Shown: piece after piece, positions 8,184 to 14,476 of the stretch
Layout: each line of letters opens with the position of its first letter
Position numbering within the stretch: the stretch's first letter is position 1
Sequence record: NC_047838.1
Reading direction: 5' to 3' (one strand)
Length of the DNA stretch: 64,000 bases
Position numbers and translations under genes: made by a program
Notes under the pieces: model-generated
The model's database searches: none
Told to the model about the DNA's origin: nothing
The model's input: only the letters and a program-made list of their open reading frames with translations

Positions 8184-8351
8184 ATGATTCACTCAAAGAA
8201 AATGATCATCGACGTGATCAAAACTTGCGACAACGTTGATACTCTCAACAAACAAGAAAAGTTTTCAGTTTTCTGTCAAGTTTGTGACAACTTGCTGGAA
8301 GATGGTAGAATCACCAAAGCAAATCACACTCGTTGGACTAACATCTGGTGA
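8184..8351 (+). CDS. Small hypothetical protein
   Basis: MIHSKKMIIDVIK...FCQVCDNLLEDGRITKANHTRWTNIW; start may be 8154. Confidence 0.6.
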   Translation: MIHSKKMIIDVIKTCDNVDTLNKQEKFSVFCQVCDNLLEDGRITKANHTRWTNIW

Positions 8352-8509
8352 ACGTAACTAAATCCACAAGAGCACCAAGAACAGGCAGACAAATCGTCTG
8401 CCCTAAGTGTAATTCAGTCGCAACAGTTTATCACTTTGCCTGGAGTGCATTAGGGTGCCAAACTTGTAATCAAATGATCAACAAATTCGACTGGAGTTTA
8501 ACATCATGA
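8348..8509 (+). CDS. Small zinc-ribbon protein (53 aa, not in track)
   Basis: GTG start overlapping the previous stop; CPKC ... CQTC. Confidence 0.6.
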   Translation: MNVTKSTRAPRTGRQIVCPKCNSVATVYHFAWSALGCQTCNQMINKFDWSLTS

Positions 8510-8652
8510 AATGGGAAGTTAAATTGTATGTTGGCGGCAAAGTTTTCACAGAGGAAGTTTATGCCAGCAATCATCAGGATGCAAGGGAAACAGCAACAGC
8601 ACGCAATCCTAGAGCAAAAGTGATAGGAGTCAACCCGATTGTGGGAGGTTGA
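8506..8652 (+). CDS. Small hypothetical protein (48 aa, not in track)
   Basis: ATGA overlap; MKWEVKLYVGGKVFTEEVYASNHQDARETATARNPRAKVIGVNP. Confidence 0.65.
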   Translation: MKWEVKLYVGGKVFTEEVYASNHQDARETATARNPRAKVIGVNPIVGG

Positions 8653-8662
8653 TGTAAAGAAA

Positions 8663-8720
8663 GAACCAGTTGAGGAACTGGCACACAACCGGTTGTGTGG
8701 TCGCTGTTTTCATGTATTAT
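8663..8720 (+). promoter_or_regulatory. Early-type cassette 7
   Basis: GAACCAGTT-GAGG-AACTGGCAC (8663-8684), perfect 18-bp palindrome CACACAACCGGTTGTGTG (8682-8699), TATTAT 8715-8720. Confidence 0.75.
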
Positions 8721-8744
8721 TAAAGAGTCAAAGGGATTCACCAC

Positions 8745-9011
8745 ATGCAAGTAACCAATTCTGCCACCATCGTTGATTACTTTCCCGAGGCATTTATTGC
8801 TGAGGCTGATGACATCAAAGGCATGAAAGTTGTTGTCAAGCGTTTCATCCGTCGCGTTTATTTCCGCGCTACTGGTCAGAAATCTTACAGCACAGTTCTT
8901 GGTATTGAAGCAAAGTATGATTGGCAATCTCGTATTGCTAAAGGTGCAACAGTTACAGGATTCAACACCGACAAAATGCCTCGCGCTGAGTATATGCCAC
9001 TGATGTGCTGA
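8745..9011 (+). CDS. Hypothetical protein
   Basis: 88 aa ORF directly after cassette 7. Confidence 0.7.
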   Translation: MQVTNSATIVDYFPEAFIAEADDIKGMKVVVKRFIRRVYFRATGQKSYSTVLGIEAKYDWQSRIAKGATVTGFNTDKMPRAEYMPLMC

Positions 9012-9015
9012 GTTT

Positions 9016-9258
9016 ATGTCACTTATCAAACATTATCTTCATCAAATCATGACTGAAACCACCGACAACATCATCGACCGCGATCAACTTCAAGAGGCAT
9101 ATATTGAGTCGATTATTGATGGAATGGATCACAAATCCATGTGGCAATTCGTATATGATAGTCTGAATAAAAATCTTGATGATTACACTGTAGATGAACT
9201 TATTACTGAAGTAGAGGATTATTATCCTGAACTTTTGGAGGAAAGTAAAGAGAAATAA
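9016..9258 (+). CDS. Acidic hypothetical protein
   Basis: 80 aa; DRDQLQEAYIESIIDGMD...ELITEVEDYYPELL. Confidence 0.65.
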   Translation: MSLIKHYLHQIMTETTDNIIDRDQLQEAYIESIIDGMDHKSMWQFVYDSLNKNLDDYTVDELITEVEDYYPELLEESKEK

Positions 9259-9318
9259 ACCAGTTGACAAGGTGGCACAAGGTCGCTTGTAATTCCCCCC
9301 GATCTGTGCCATTATACT
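9257..9318 (+). promoter_or_regulatory. Early-type cassette 8
   Basis: AAACCAGTT-GACA-AGGTGGCAC (9257-9278), TTGTAA 9287-9292, CATTAT/TATACT 9310-9318, stem GGCACA/TGTGCC. Confidence 0.7.
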
Positions 9319-9321
9319 GGT

Positions 9322-9501
9322 ATGAACAAAACAAACCTCTTTTCCACTCAAAACCTGACCGACCTTCAGGATTTCATGTTCGATACAATGCTCCCTGCTG
9401 ATGATTGTGTTGATTGGTTCTGCGATCGTTTCGATGTTAATGCAACTGACGACGTGATCGATTTTGTTGTTGATGCACACTTTGCCTTCCACGGTGAGTG
9501 A
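9322..9501 (+). CDS. Small acidic hypothetical protein (59 aa, not in track)
   Basis: MNKTNLFSTQNLTDLQDFMFDTMLPADDCVDWFCDRFDV... Confidence 0.6.
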   Translation: MNKTNLFSTQNLTDLQDFMFDTMLPADDCVDWFCDRFDVNATDDVIDFVVDAHFAFHGE

Positions 9502-9536
9502 CACTTATTCTTCCTTTTCTTTTCTAAACTAACATC

Positions 9537-9764
9537 ATGACAATCACAGAACGCAATCAGAAACTCTACGATCTCCGCAAAAAACTTGATCAAAAGCGTA
9601 TGGAACTCGCATGGATTGAGACTGAGATTATGGCAGTCAAGTCGGAATATGATCGCCAGAATGTTGATCTCTACGAGGAAATGTTCGGTGAGAAAAATAC
9701 TTTGTGGGATCACCTTGATCGCATGAGCGATACTCCCATGGCAGAAGAAGTCTACGGAGGTTGA
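9537..9764 (+). CDS. Hypothetical coiled-coil protein
   Basis: 75 aa, helical, MTITERNQKLYDLRKKL. Confidence 0.65.
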   Translation: MTITERNQKLYDLRKKLDQKRMELAWIETEIMAVKSEYDRQNVDLYEEMFGEKNTLWDHLDRMSDTPMAEEVYGG

Positions 9765-9768
9765 TAAC

Positions 9769-9900
9769 ATGAGAATCTTTTTTCTTGCCTTGTTTGTTAT
9801 CCTCGGTGTTAATCTTGGTATTGAGTTGTTAGATAGCAACATGACTCAAATTATCAAAGACCGAAACGAATCTATCCAACGCACTATCAACAACCTTTGA
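9769..9900 (+). CDS. Small membrane-anchored peptide (43 aa, not in track)
   Basis: MRIFFLALFVILGVNLGIELL hydrophobic N-terminus. Confidence 0.55.
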   Translation: MRIFFLALFVILGVNLGIELLDSNMTQIIKDRNESIQRTINNL

Positions 9901-10088
9901 AAACAACAACCGCAACTTACAAAATTGATGTGACACAAGAGTGTGGAAATGTTCTCACTTATATGAGAACGATGCCCACACGCCCAACAACACATAGAGG
10001 CATTAAATCACACAACACAAAACTAGAAAATTGGGCAAAGAATGTTTGCCATAACTGGAAAGAAATCAACGTCACTTTGCTTCCCTAA
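9897..10088 (+). CDS. Hypothetical protein
   Basis: TTG start overlapping the previous stop; 63 aa. Confidence 0.55.
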   Translation: MKTTTATYKIDVTQECGNVLTYMRTMPTRPTTHRGIKSHNTKLENWAKNVCHNWKEINVTLLP

Positions 10089-10089
10089 A

Positions 10090-10434
10090 ATGTTATTTGT
10101 TTCTGGTCATTCTCCGTTTTTTTCATTAACTCACCGAGTCTACGATTTTTTTTCTGAGTTATACGAGGTGAGCGCGGATGTAGAAGTTTGTCACACTAAT
10201 CTACGAGATGAGCACGCGCTAGGATTTACTGAAGTTAATGGAGATGAGCAGTTCATTCAGATACATAACGGATTGAATCGTGAGGAGTTTATTGTTACTT
10301 TGCTCCACGAACTTGTCCACGTTGTTCAAAACGAGAAAGGCATGATTGACGAAACTGAGAGAGAATCTGAAGCATACAGATTGGAGGGGATTCTATACAA
10401 GAACTATTGTGCCAGTCTGCAAGGTGTCCACTAA
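10090..10434 (+). CDS. Putative minimal zincin-like metallopeptidase
   Basis: ALGFT...IQIHNGL...TLLHELVHVVQ...E-x-E-A (HExxH); in-frame ATG 10090 follows the previous stop. Confidence 0.65.
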   Translation: MLFVSGHSPFFSLTHRVYDFFSELYEVSADVEVCHTNLRDEHALGFTEVNGDEQFIQIHNGLNREEFIVTLLHELVHVVQNEKGMIDETERESEAYRLEGILYKNYCASLQGVH

Positions 10435-10465
10435 TCCCCCCATGACCCGCTGATCCGTGTATATT
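10409..10465 (+). promoter_or_regulatory. Early-type cassette 9
   Basis: GTGCCAGTC-TGCA-AGGTGTCCA (10409-10430), TATATT 10460-10465, enclosed by CCCCCATG/CATGGGGG. Confidence 0.7.
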
Positions 10466-10514
10466 AGATGCATGGGGGAAACGAACCCATTTCACTTCAC
10501 TAACTTCACCAAAC

Positions 10515-10862
10515 ATGCGTAAGATCGAAAAGCAAATGTGTGCCGCAGTTCAGTCTAACATCGACTGGCAATCTGCTAACACTTCTGTTCACTTTGATCC
10601 TGAAACTGGCGTTTCTGTTGTTCGTCTTCACGGCAATAAGATCGCTGAGATTAGTGACAACGACATGACAATCTTCGATGGAGGTTATCAGTCTACCACT
10701 ACAAAGTCTCGTCTTAATGCACTTTGCCAGGAATTTTGTGTTGCTGGTGAAGGTGTATTCCAGAAAGATTTTGCATGGTATGTAAGAAAGTTTGTAGGTG
10801 CAATTAACGGACAATCTAAGTTCGTCACCGAAACTTTCTCTAACGGTTACATCTTTGCCTGA
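10515..10862 (+). CDS. Conserved hypothetical early phage protein
   Basis: MRKIEKQMCAAV...VRLHGNKIAEI...GGYQSTTTKSRLNAL. Confidence 0.75.
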   Translation: MRKIEKQMCAAVQSNIDWQSANTSVHFDPETGVSVVRLHGNKIAEISDNDMTIFDGGYQSTTTKSRLNALCQEFCVAGEGVFQKDFAWYVRKFVGAINGQSKFVTETFSNGYIFA

Positions 10863-10922
10863 TGTAATCATAGAGGGGTTAGTTATACTTTCCCTTCTAT
10901 AATTACTTCATCTAAGTAACAC

Positions 10923-10968
10923 CTGGGCAGTACAGAATTGGGAGACTGATTCACAACGTAAGACCCAG
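10923..10968 (+). ncRNA. Candidate structured RNA / leader
   Basis: TATAAT 10898-10903 upstream; CTGGG/CCCAG outer stem, AGTA/TAA internal loop, 7-bp stem with GAGA tetraloop. Confidence 0.4.
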
Positions 10969-11012
10969 ATTTAACCAGACCAAACTATCACTACTATCAC
11001 TTTCTTTTCGTA

Positions 11013-11159
11013 ATGATGACCCGTTCAACTGCACTTGGTATGCTCTCAGTTGGTAACACCGGAGATGAAATTCTTCAGATTCTGGATGTTATCGTTGAGG
11101 ATATTACTCAAGAAAATATCAACGATTGTGCAGAGTATTTTGCATCAATTAGTGCTTGA
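11013..11159 (+). CDS. Small hypothetical peptide (48 aa, not in track)
   Basis: MMTRSTALGMLSVGNTGDEILQILDVIVED...; followed by a terminator. Confidence 0.55.
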   Translation: MMTRSTALGMLSVGNTGDEILQILDVIVEDITQENINDCAEYFASISA

Positions 11160-11182
11160 TTTGTTGTTCTGTGAGTGATACT

Positions 11183-11210
11183 GAGGGGGGACACATTTTC
11201 CCCCTTTTTT
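11183..11210 (+). terminator. Intrinsic terminator
   Basis: GAGGGGGG-ACACATTTT-CCCCC followed by TTTTTT. Confidence 0.7.
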
Positions 11211-11359
11211 AGTAATAACTACCTACAGAAAGTATTAAAAAACGTTTATAAATGGTTAAATAAATATACTTTGCCTTTTTATCTTGTTGAGAATAGTTCT
11301 CTGGATACTACCCAATAATACCTATTTTAATGTGCTCAGGGGTAGTGATCTAAGCGAGC

Positions 11360-11388
11360 AGTCTAACAGCAACTCGCAGAAATGTCAA
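11360..11388 (-). promoter_or_regulatory. Minus-strand sigma70-like promoter
   Basis: TTGACA (rc 11383-11388) - 17 nt - TAGACT (rc 11360-11365), pointing into an AT-rich tract. Confidence 0.5.
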
Positions 11389-11464
11389 GGGGGCAGACTA
11401 TAAAGTTTTCTGAGGATTGACAGCGTAAAACTATCAGTCTTCCTAATAAATAACAGGTGGAAGA

Positions 11465-11493
11465 TTGACAATATCTCTCAGGCATTCTATACT
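11465..11493 (+). promoter_or_regulatory. Host-like sigma70 promoter
   Basis: TTGACA 11465-11470 - 17 nt - TATACT 11488-11493; GGAG RBS before ATG 11521. Confidence 0.75.
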
Positions 11494-11520
11494 AGGTAAG
11501 TATCACCAACGGAGTCAATC

Positions 11521-11697
11521 ATGTCAGTCGCTATCAGTCAGGCACAGAAGCAACGTTACAGAATCACATTGGATATTGAGGTTCTGGAAGACTTTGACCC
11601 GCATCAGATTTCATGGGAGGATCTTTTTGAACTGGAAGGATCTGAGCGTGTTATTGACAGTTATGTAGAGGACCTGAGTGTACCTGTCAGGTGGTGA
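11521..11697 (+). CDS. Small conserved hypothetical protein (58 aa, not in track)
   Basis: MSVAISQAQKQRYRITLDIEVLEDFDPHQISWEDLFELEGSERVIDSYVEDLSVPVRW with promoter and RBS. Confidence 0.7.
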   Translation: MSVAISQAQKQRYRITLDIEVLEDFDPHQISWEDLFELEGSERVIDSYVEDLSVPVRW

Positions 11698-11707
11698 TTG
11701 CAGCAGG

Positions 11708-11736
11708 TTGACAGTCAGTCTCTGAGGTGTTATTAT
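11708..11736 (+). promoter_or_regulatory. Host-like sigma70 promoter with extended -10
   Basis: TTGACA 11708-11713 - 17 nt - TATTAT 11731-11736, preceded by TGT. Confidence 0.75.
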
Positions 11737-11916
11737 AGGGGGGAGAGGAACACCGTGGACCACAGTTGTTCGCGGTTTGTTGTTGCCGTTGCGGCGGGCG
11801 ATGCGTATATAAAAACGCTTAACTACCCTAACCTACAGAGGTGACAATTCGACCTCTAAATATTATTCGGAAGTTGATTTCATATCGGTAAAAAAAATTC
11901 GCCGGGAAAATTTCTT

Positions 11917-12132
11917 ATGGAAAAGGTTTATCACATCTATGCAAAAGAAGAGTGTTTATACAATAATCTAACAGAACAACAATTTAATACTACATGGGAA
12001 ACCCTCAAGGGAATGGTTGGTCTAATGAAGACTGATTACGAACTTGAGGATTTGTCATATGAGGAATGCACTCGCCCCCTTGGAGGAGGTTCGGGTAATG
12101 CGAATGATCCTCCTGGATGCGATTCATATTGA
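11917..12132 (+). CDS. Conserved hypothetical protein
   Basis: MEKVYHIYAKEECLYNNL...MVGLMKTDY...LSYEE. Confidence 0.75.
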   Translation: MEKVYHIYAKEECLYNNLTEQQFNTTWETLKGMVGLMKTDYELEDLSYEECTRPLGGGSGNANDPPGCDSY

Positions 12133-12157
12133 CAGACTACATACTACACGTTATAAT
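12129..12157 (+). promoter_or_regulatory. Consensus sigma70 promoter
   Basis: TTGACA 12129-12134 - 17 nt - TATAAT 12152-12157. Confidence 0.85.
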
Positions 12158-12180
12158 TGACTTGAAGGTTAATTCAACTT

Positions 12181-12948
12181 ATGGCTAAAGGATTCACGGT
12201 TAAAGCAAAAGCACCCACTAAGAAAGCAGAGGAGTGGGATATCCCAGCAATCAAAGAAAGGATGCGAGGTAAGACGATTGTCTTTTGCCTTCCTGGACGT
12301 GGATGCTCTTATATCTTTCTGAAGAACTTCGTACAACTGTGCTTTGATATGGTACAGAATGGTATGAGTATTCAGATCAGTCAAGATTATTCTTCGATGG
12401 TTAATTTCGCCCGTTGTAAGGTTCTGGGTGCAAATGTCCTGCGAGGACCCAAACAGATTCCTTGGGATGGTAAACTGGAATATGACTATCAACTGTGGAT
12501 TGATAATGATATTGTCTTTGACACCAACAAGTTCTGGCAGTTGTGTGACATGGCAATCTCTGCAGATGGTGAAGAGAAAGAGATTGTAAGTGGTTGGTAT
12601 GCAACTGAGGATGGACACACAACCTCTGTCGCACACTGGTTGGAAGAAGATGATTTCCGTAAGAATGGTGGAGTGATGAATCACGAAACTGTCGAATCCA
12701 TTCAGAAGCGTAAGAAACCATTTACTGTAGATTACACAGGTTTTGGTTGGGTACTGATCAAGAAGGGCGTCTTTGAGAATCTTGAGTACCCCTGGTTTGC
12801 TCCTAAGATGCAAGTCTTTGAGAGTGGAAGTGTTCAAGACATGTGTGGTGAGGATGTCTCATTCTGTCTTGATGCCAAGGAAGAAGGCATGGAAATCTGG
12901 TGTGATCCTCGCATTCGCGTTGGTCACGAAAAAACTCGCGTTATCTGA
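12181..12948 (+). CDS. Putative GT-A fold glycosyltransferase
   Basis: VFCLPGR..., YQLWIDNDIVF (DxD), VDYTGFGWVLIKKGVFE, GEDVSFC, RVGHEK. Confidence 0.7.
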   Translation: MAKGFTVKAKAPTKKAEEWDIPAIKERMRGKTIVFCLPGRGCSYIFLKNFVQLCFDMVQNGMSIQISQDYSSMVNFARCKVLGANVLRGPKQIPWDGKLEYDYQLWIDNDIVFDTNKFWQLCDMAISADGEEKEIVSGWYATEDGHTTSVAHWLEEDDFRKNGGVMNHETVESIQKRKKPFTVDYTGFGWVLIKKGVFENLEYPWFAPKMQVFESGSVQDMCGEDVSFCLDAKEEGMEIWCDPRIRVGHEKTRVI

Positions 12949-12956
12949 GGTAAATT

Positions 12957-13091
12957 ATGGCAATCATGAAAGGCGGCAGTTATATTGAAGGTGCTCCGAA
13001 AAAATCTCGTCAAGGTAAAGGTAAGCACACGAAGTTATCCGCGACTTCTCGTAACGGTGCTAAGAAACGATATCGTGGTCAAGGTAAGTGA
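12957..13091 (+). CDS. Small basic peptide (44 aa, not in track)
   Basis: MAIMKGGSYIEGAPKKSRQGKGKHTKLSATSRNGAKKRYRGQGK. Confidence 0.65.
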   Translation: MAIMKGGSYIEGAPKKSRQGKGKHTKLSATSRNGAKKRYRGQGK

Positions 13092-13183
13092 AAACTTGAA
13101 TTTTCATACATACCTTTGTATGGTTTGAACGGGAAACCCTTAATTCTTTAAGGGTTAAATAGAGAAAGATATAAATCTTCACT

Positions 13184-13858
13184 ATGCCTTGTTTAATTGC
13201 AAACCTACCTTCTTATGAGGTATGGGTCCGTAAGGAATATCTTACAGATCATCAAAGTGGACACGGTGAATATGTAAAGGGCGTCTGGGTATCGGTTAAA
13301 TCGATTCCTGGGCGTGCTTTTTATTTTGAGACATATTTACCAGAGTATGCGGCAATGTATGATAAGTTGCCGATTAGCGCGTTTGTCTCGTCCCCCGAAA
13401 AACCCTCGCCTGATATGGAGTTGCATAACTTGCAATTCTGGAATTGTATGGACTATGGTGTAACTGTAGTGCAGAAACAATTTGTGGGTAGTATGCACTA
13501 TGAGTGCTTTACAAGGGACTATGGACCCCAGACAGGCACTTATATTTGCACAATTGATAATTATCACCAAGATCCTGATGCAATTGATTATGCAACCTCT
13601 GAGAATCCATCAGAACACAAGTCACATAACCTAATTGAACTTGATAATGGTCAGTTTGCGCTGTATCCTAACAACAGGACACGTATTTTTGACAATTCGT
13701 TAACTCCTGAGACGCCAAAAACACCCGATTTCAAGGTTTCGACCGTTTATTACCAAGTTGAGAACGGTCATGACCGCGACGGGCTCGGAAATGATGAGAA
13801 TTATTTCTGGAAAACTGCTAAAGAGCGTAAAAATACCGAAAATTTACCAGAATTTTAA
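13184..13858 (+). CDS. Conserved hypothetical protein of marine T4-like phages
   Basis: 224 aa, preceded by TAAATA 13156-13161. Confidence 0.75.
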   Translation: MPCLIANLPSYEVWVRKEYLTDHQSGHGEYVKGVWVSVKSIPGRAFYFETYLPEYAAMYDKLPISAFVSSPEKPSPDMELHNLQFWNCMDYGVTVVQKQFVGSMHYECFTRDYGPQTGTYICTIDNYHQDPDAIDYATSENPSEHKSHNLIELDNGQFALYPNNRTRIFDNSLTPETPKTPDFKVSTVYYQVENGHDRDGLGNDENYFWKTAKERKNTENLPEF

Positions 13859-13862
13859 GAAA

Positions 13863-14033
13863 ATGAACGATTTTTTAGACAATTTAGGTAACGATCAGCA
13901 CCAAAAGATGCTGAGAGAGATTGCAAACGACAATCAGACGCCTAAAAAACGCGATTCTCGTCAAAATACTGAACTTTTTGAGACTGAAGAGGAATATACT
14001 GTCATTCCTCCTCAAACTCTGAACGAATTTTGA
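13863..14033 (+). CDS. Small hypothetical protein
   Basis: ATG 13863 just after the previous stop; MNDFLDNLGNDQHQKMLREIAND. Confidence 0.65.
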   Translation: MNDFLDNLGNDQHQKMLREIANDNQTPKKRDSRQNTELFETEEEYTVIPPQTLNEF

Positions 14034-14045
14034 TTTATACCTTAA

Positions 14046-14051
14046 TAAATA
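14046..14051 (+). promoter_or_regulatory. T4-type late promoter
   Basis: AATAAATA upstream of gp25. Confidence 0.65.
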
Positions 14052-14072
14052 AGATATAATCGCTGTATTTTT

Positions 14073-14474
14073 GTGCCTCTAGAAAGGGTAAGTCAAGGAT
14101 TTAAAGATATTAGTATGTCATTCAAGTTTAACCCCTTGAATGGCGATCTAATTGCGCTTAAAAACGCTAATGCAATATCAAGATCAATCCGAAATATTGT
14201 TTTTACCACTCCTGGAGAGAAGTTTTTTAATGAAGATTTTGGATCTGACGTAAGTCGATCACTTTTTGAGAATATTGACGATCTTACTGCTTCAAATATT
14301 AGGGATCAAATTAGAAGATCCATTATTAACTTTGAAGAAAGGGTAGATTTGAGAGAAGTGGTTGTGCTTCCTGATTTTGACAGGAATGCTTTTGATGTGA
14401 TCATTAGATATGACATTATTGGCGCTGATATTCCACCACAAGAATTACAATTCGTTTTGCAGTCAAATAGATAA
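14073..14474 (+). CDS. gp25: Baseplate wedge subunit gp25
   Basis: AISRSIRNIVFTTPGEKFFNEDFGS...FEERV; precedes gp6. Confidence 0.9.
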   Translation: MPLERVSQGFKDISMSFKFNPLNGDLIALKNANAISRSIRNIVFTTPGEKFFNEDFGSDVSRSLFENIDDLTASNIRDQIRRSIINFEERVDLREVVVLPDFDRNAFDVIIRYDIIGADIPPQELQFVLQSNR

Positions 14475-14476
14475 AA

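Noticed and set aside
988-10430. Early palindromes as a CRISPR array or integron attC sites
   Set aside because: Spacing is 0.4-2.3 kb and irregular, copies are degenerate, no cas or integrase gene is in the window, and the fixed distance to -10 boxes fits a transcription-factor site better.
988-10430. Palindrome as an NtcA box
   Set aside because: NtcA sites are GTA-N8-TAC; these are GTG...CAC with 9-bp arms spanning 21-22 bp.
10923-10968. Assignment of the structured RNA to hammerhead, HDV/theta or glutamine riboswitch families
   Set aside because: It lacks the CUGAUGA/GAAA hammerhead core, I could not build an HDV nested pseudoknot, and the flanks do not match the glutamine riboswitch consensus I recall; left unassigned.
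10870-11916. tRNA genes in the non-coding stretch
   Set aside because: No cloverleaf with a T-loop GTTCRA and matching acceptor stem could be built by eye; tRNAscan-SE would settle it.
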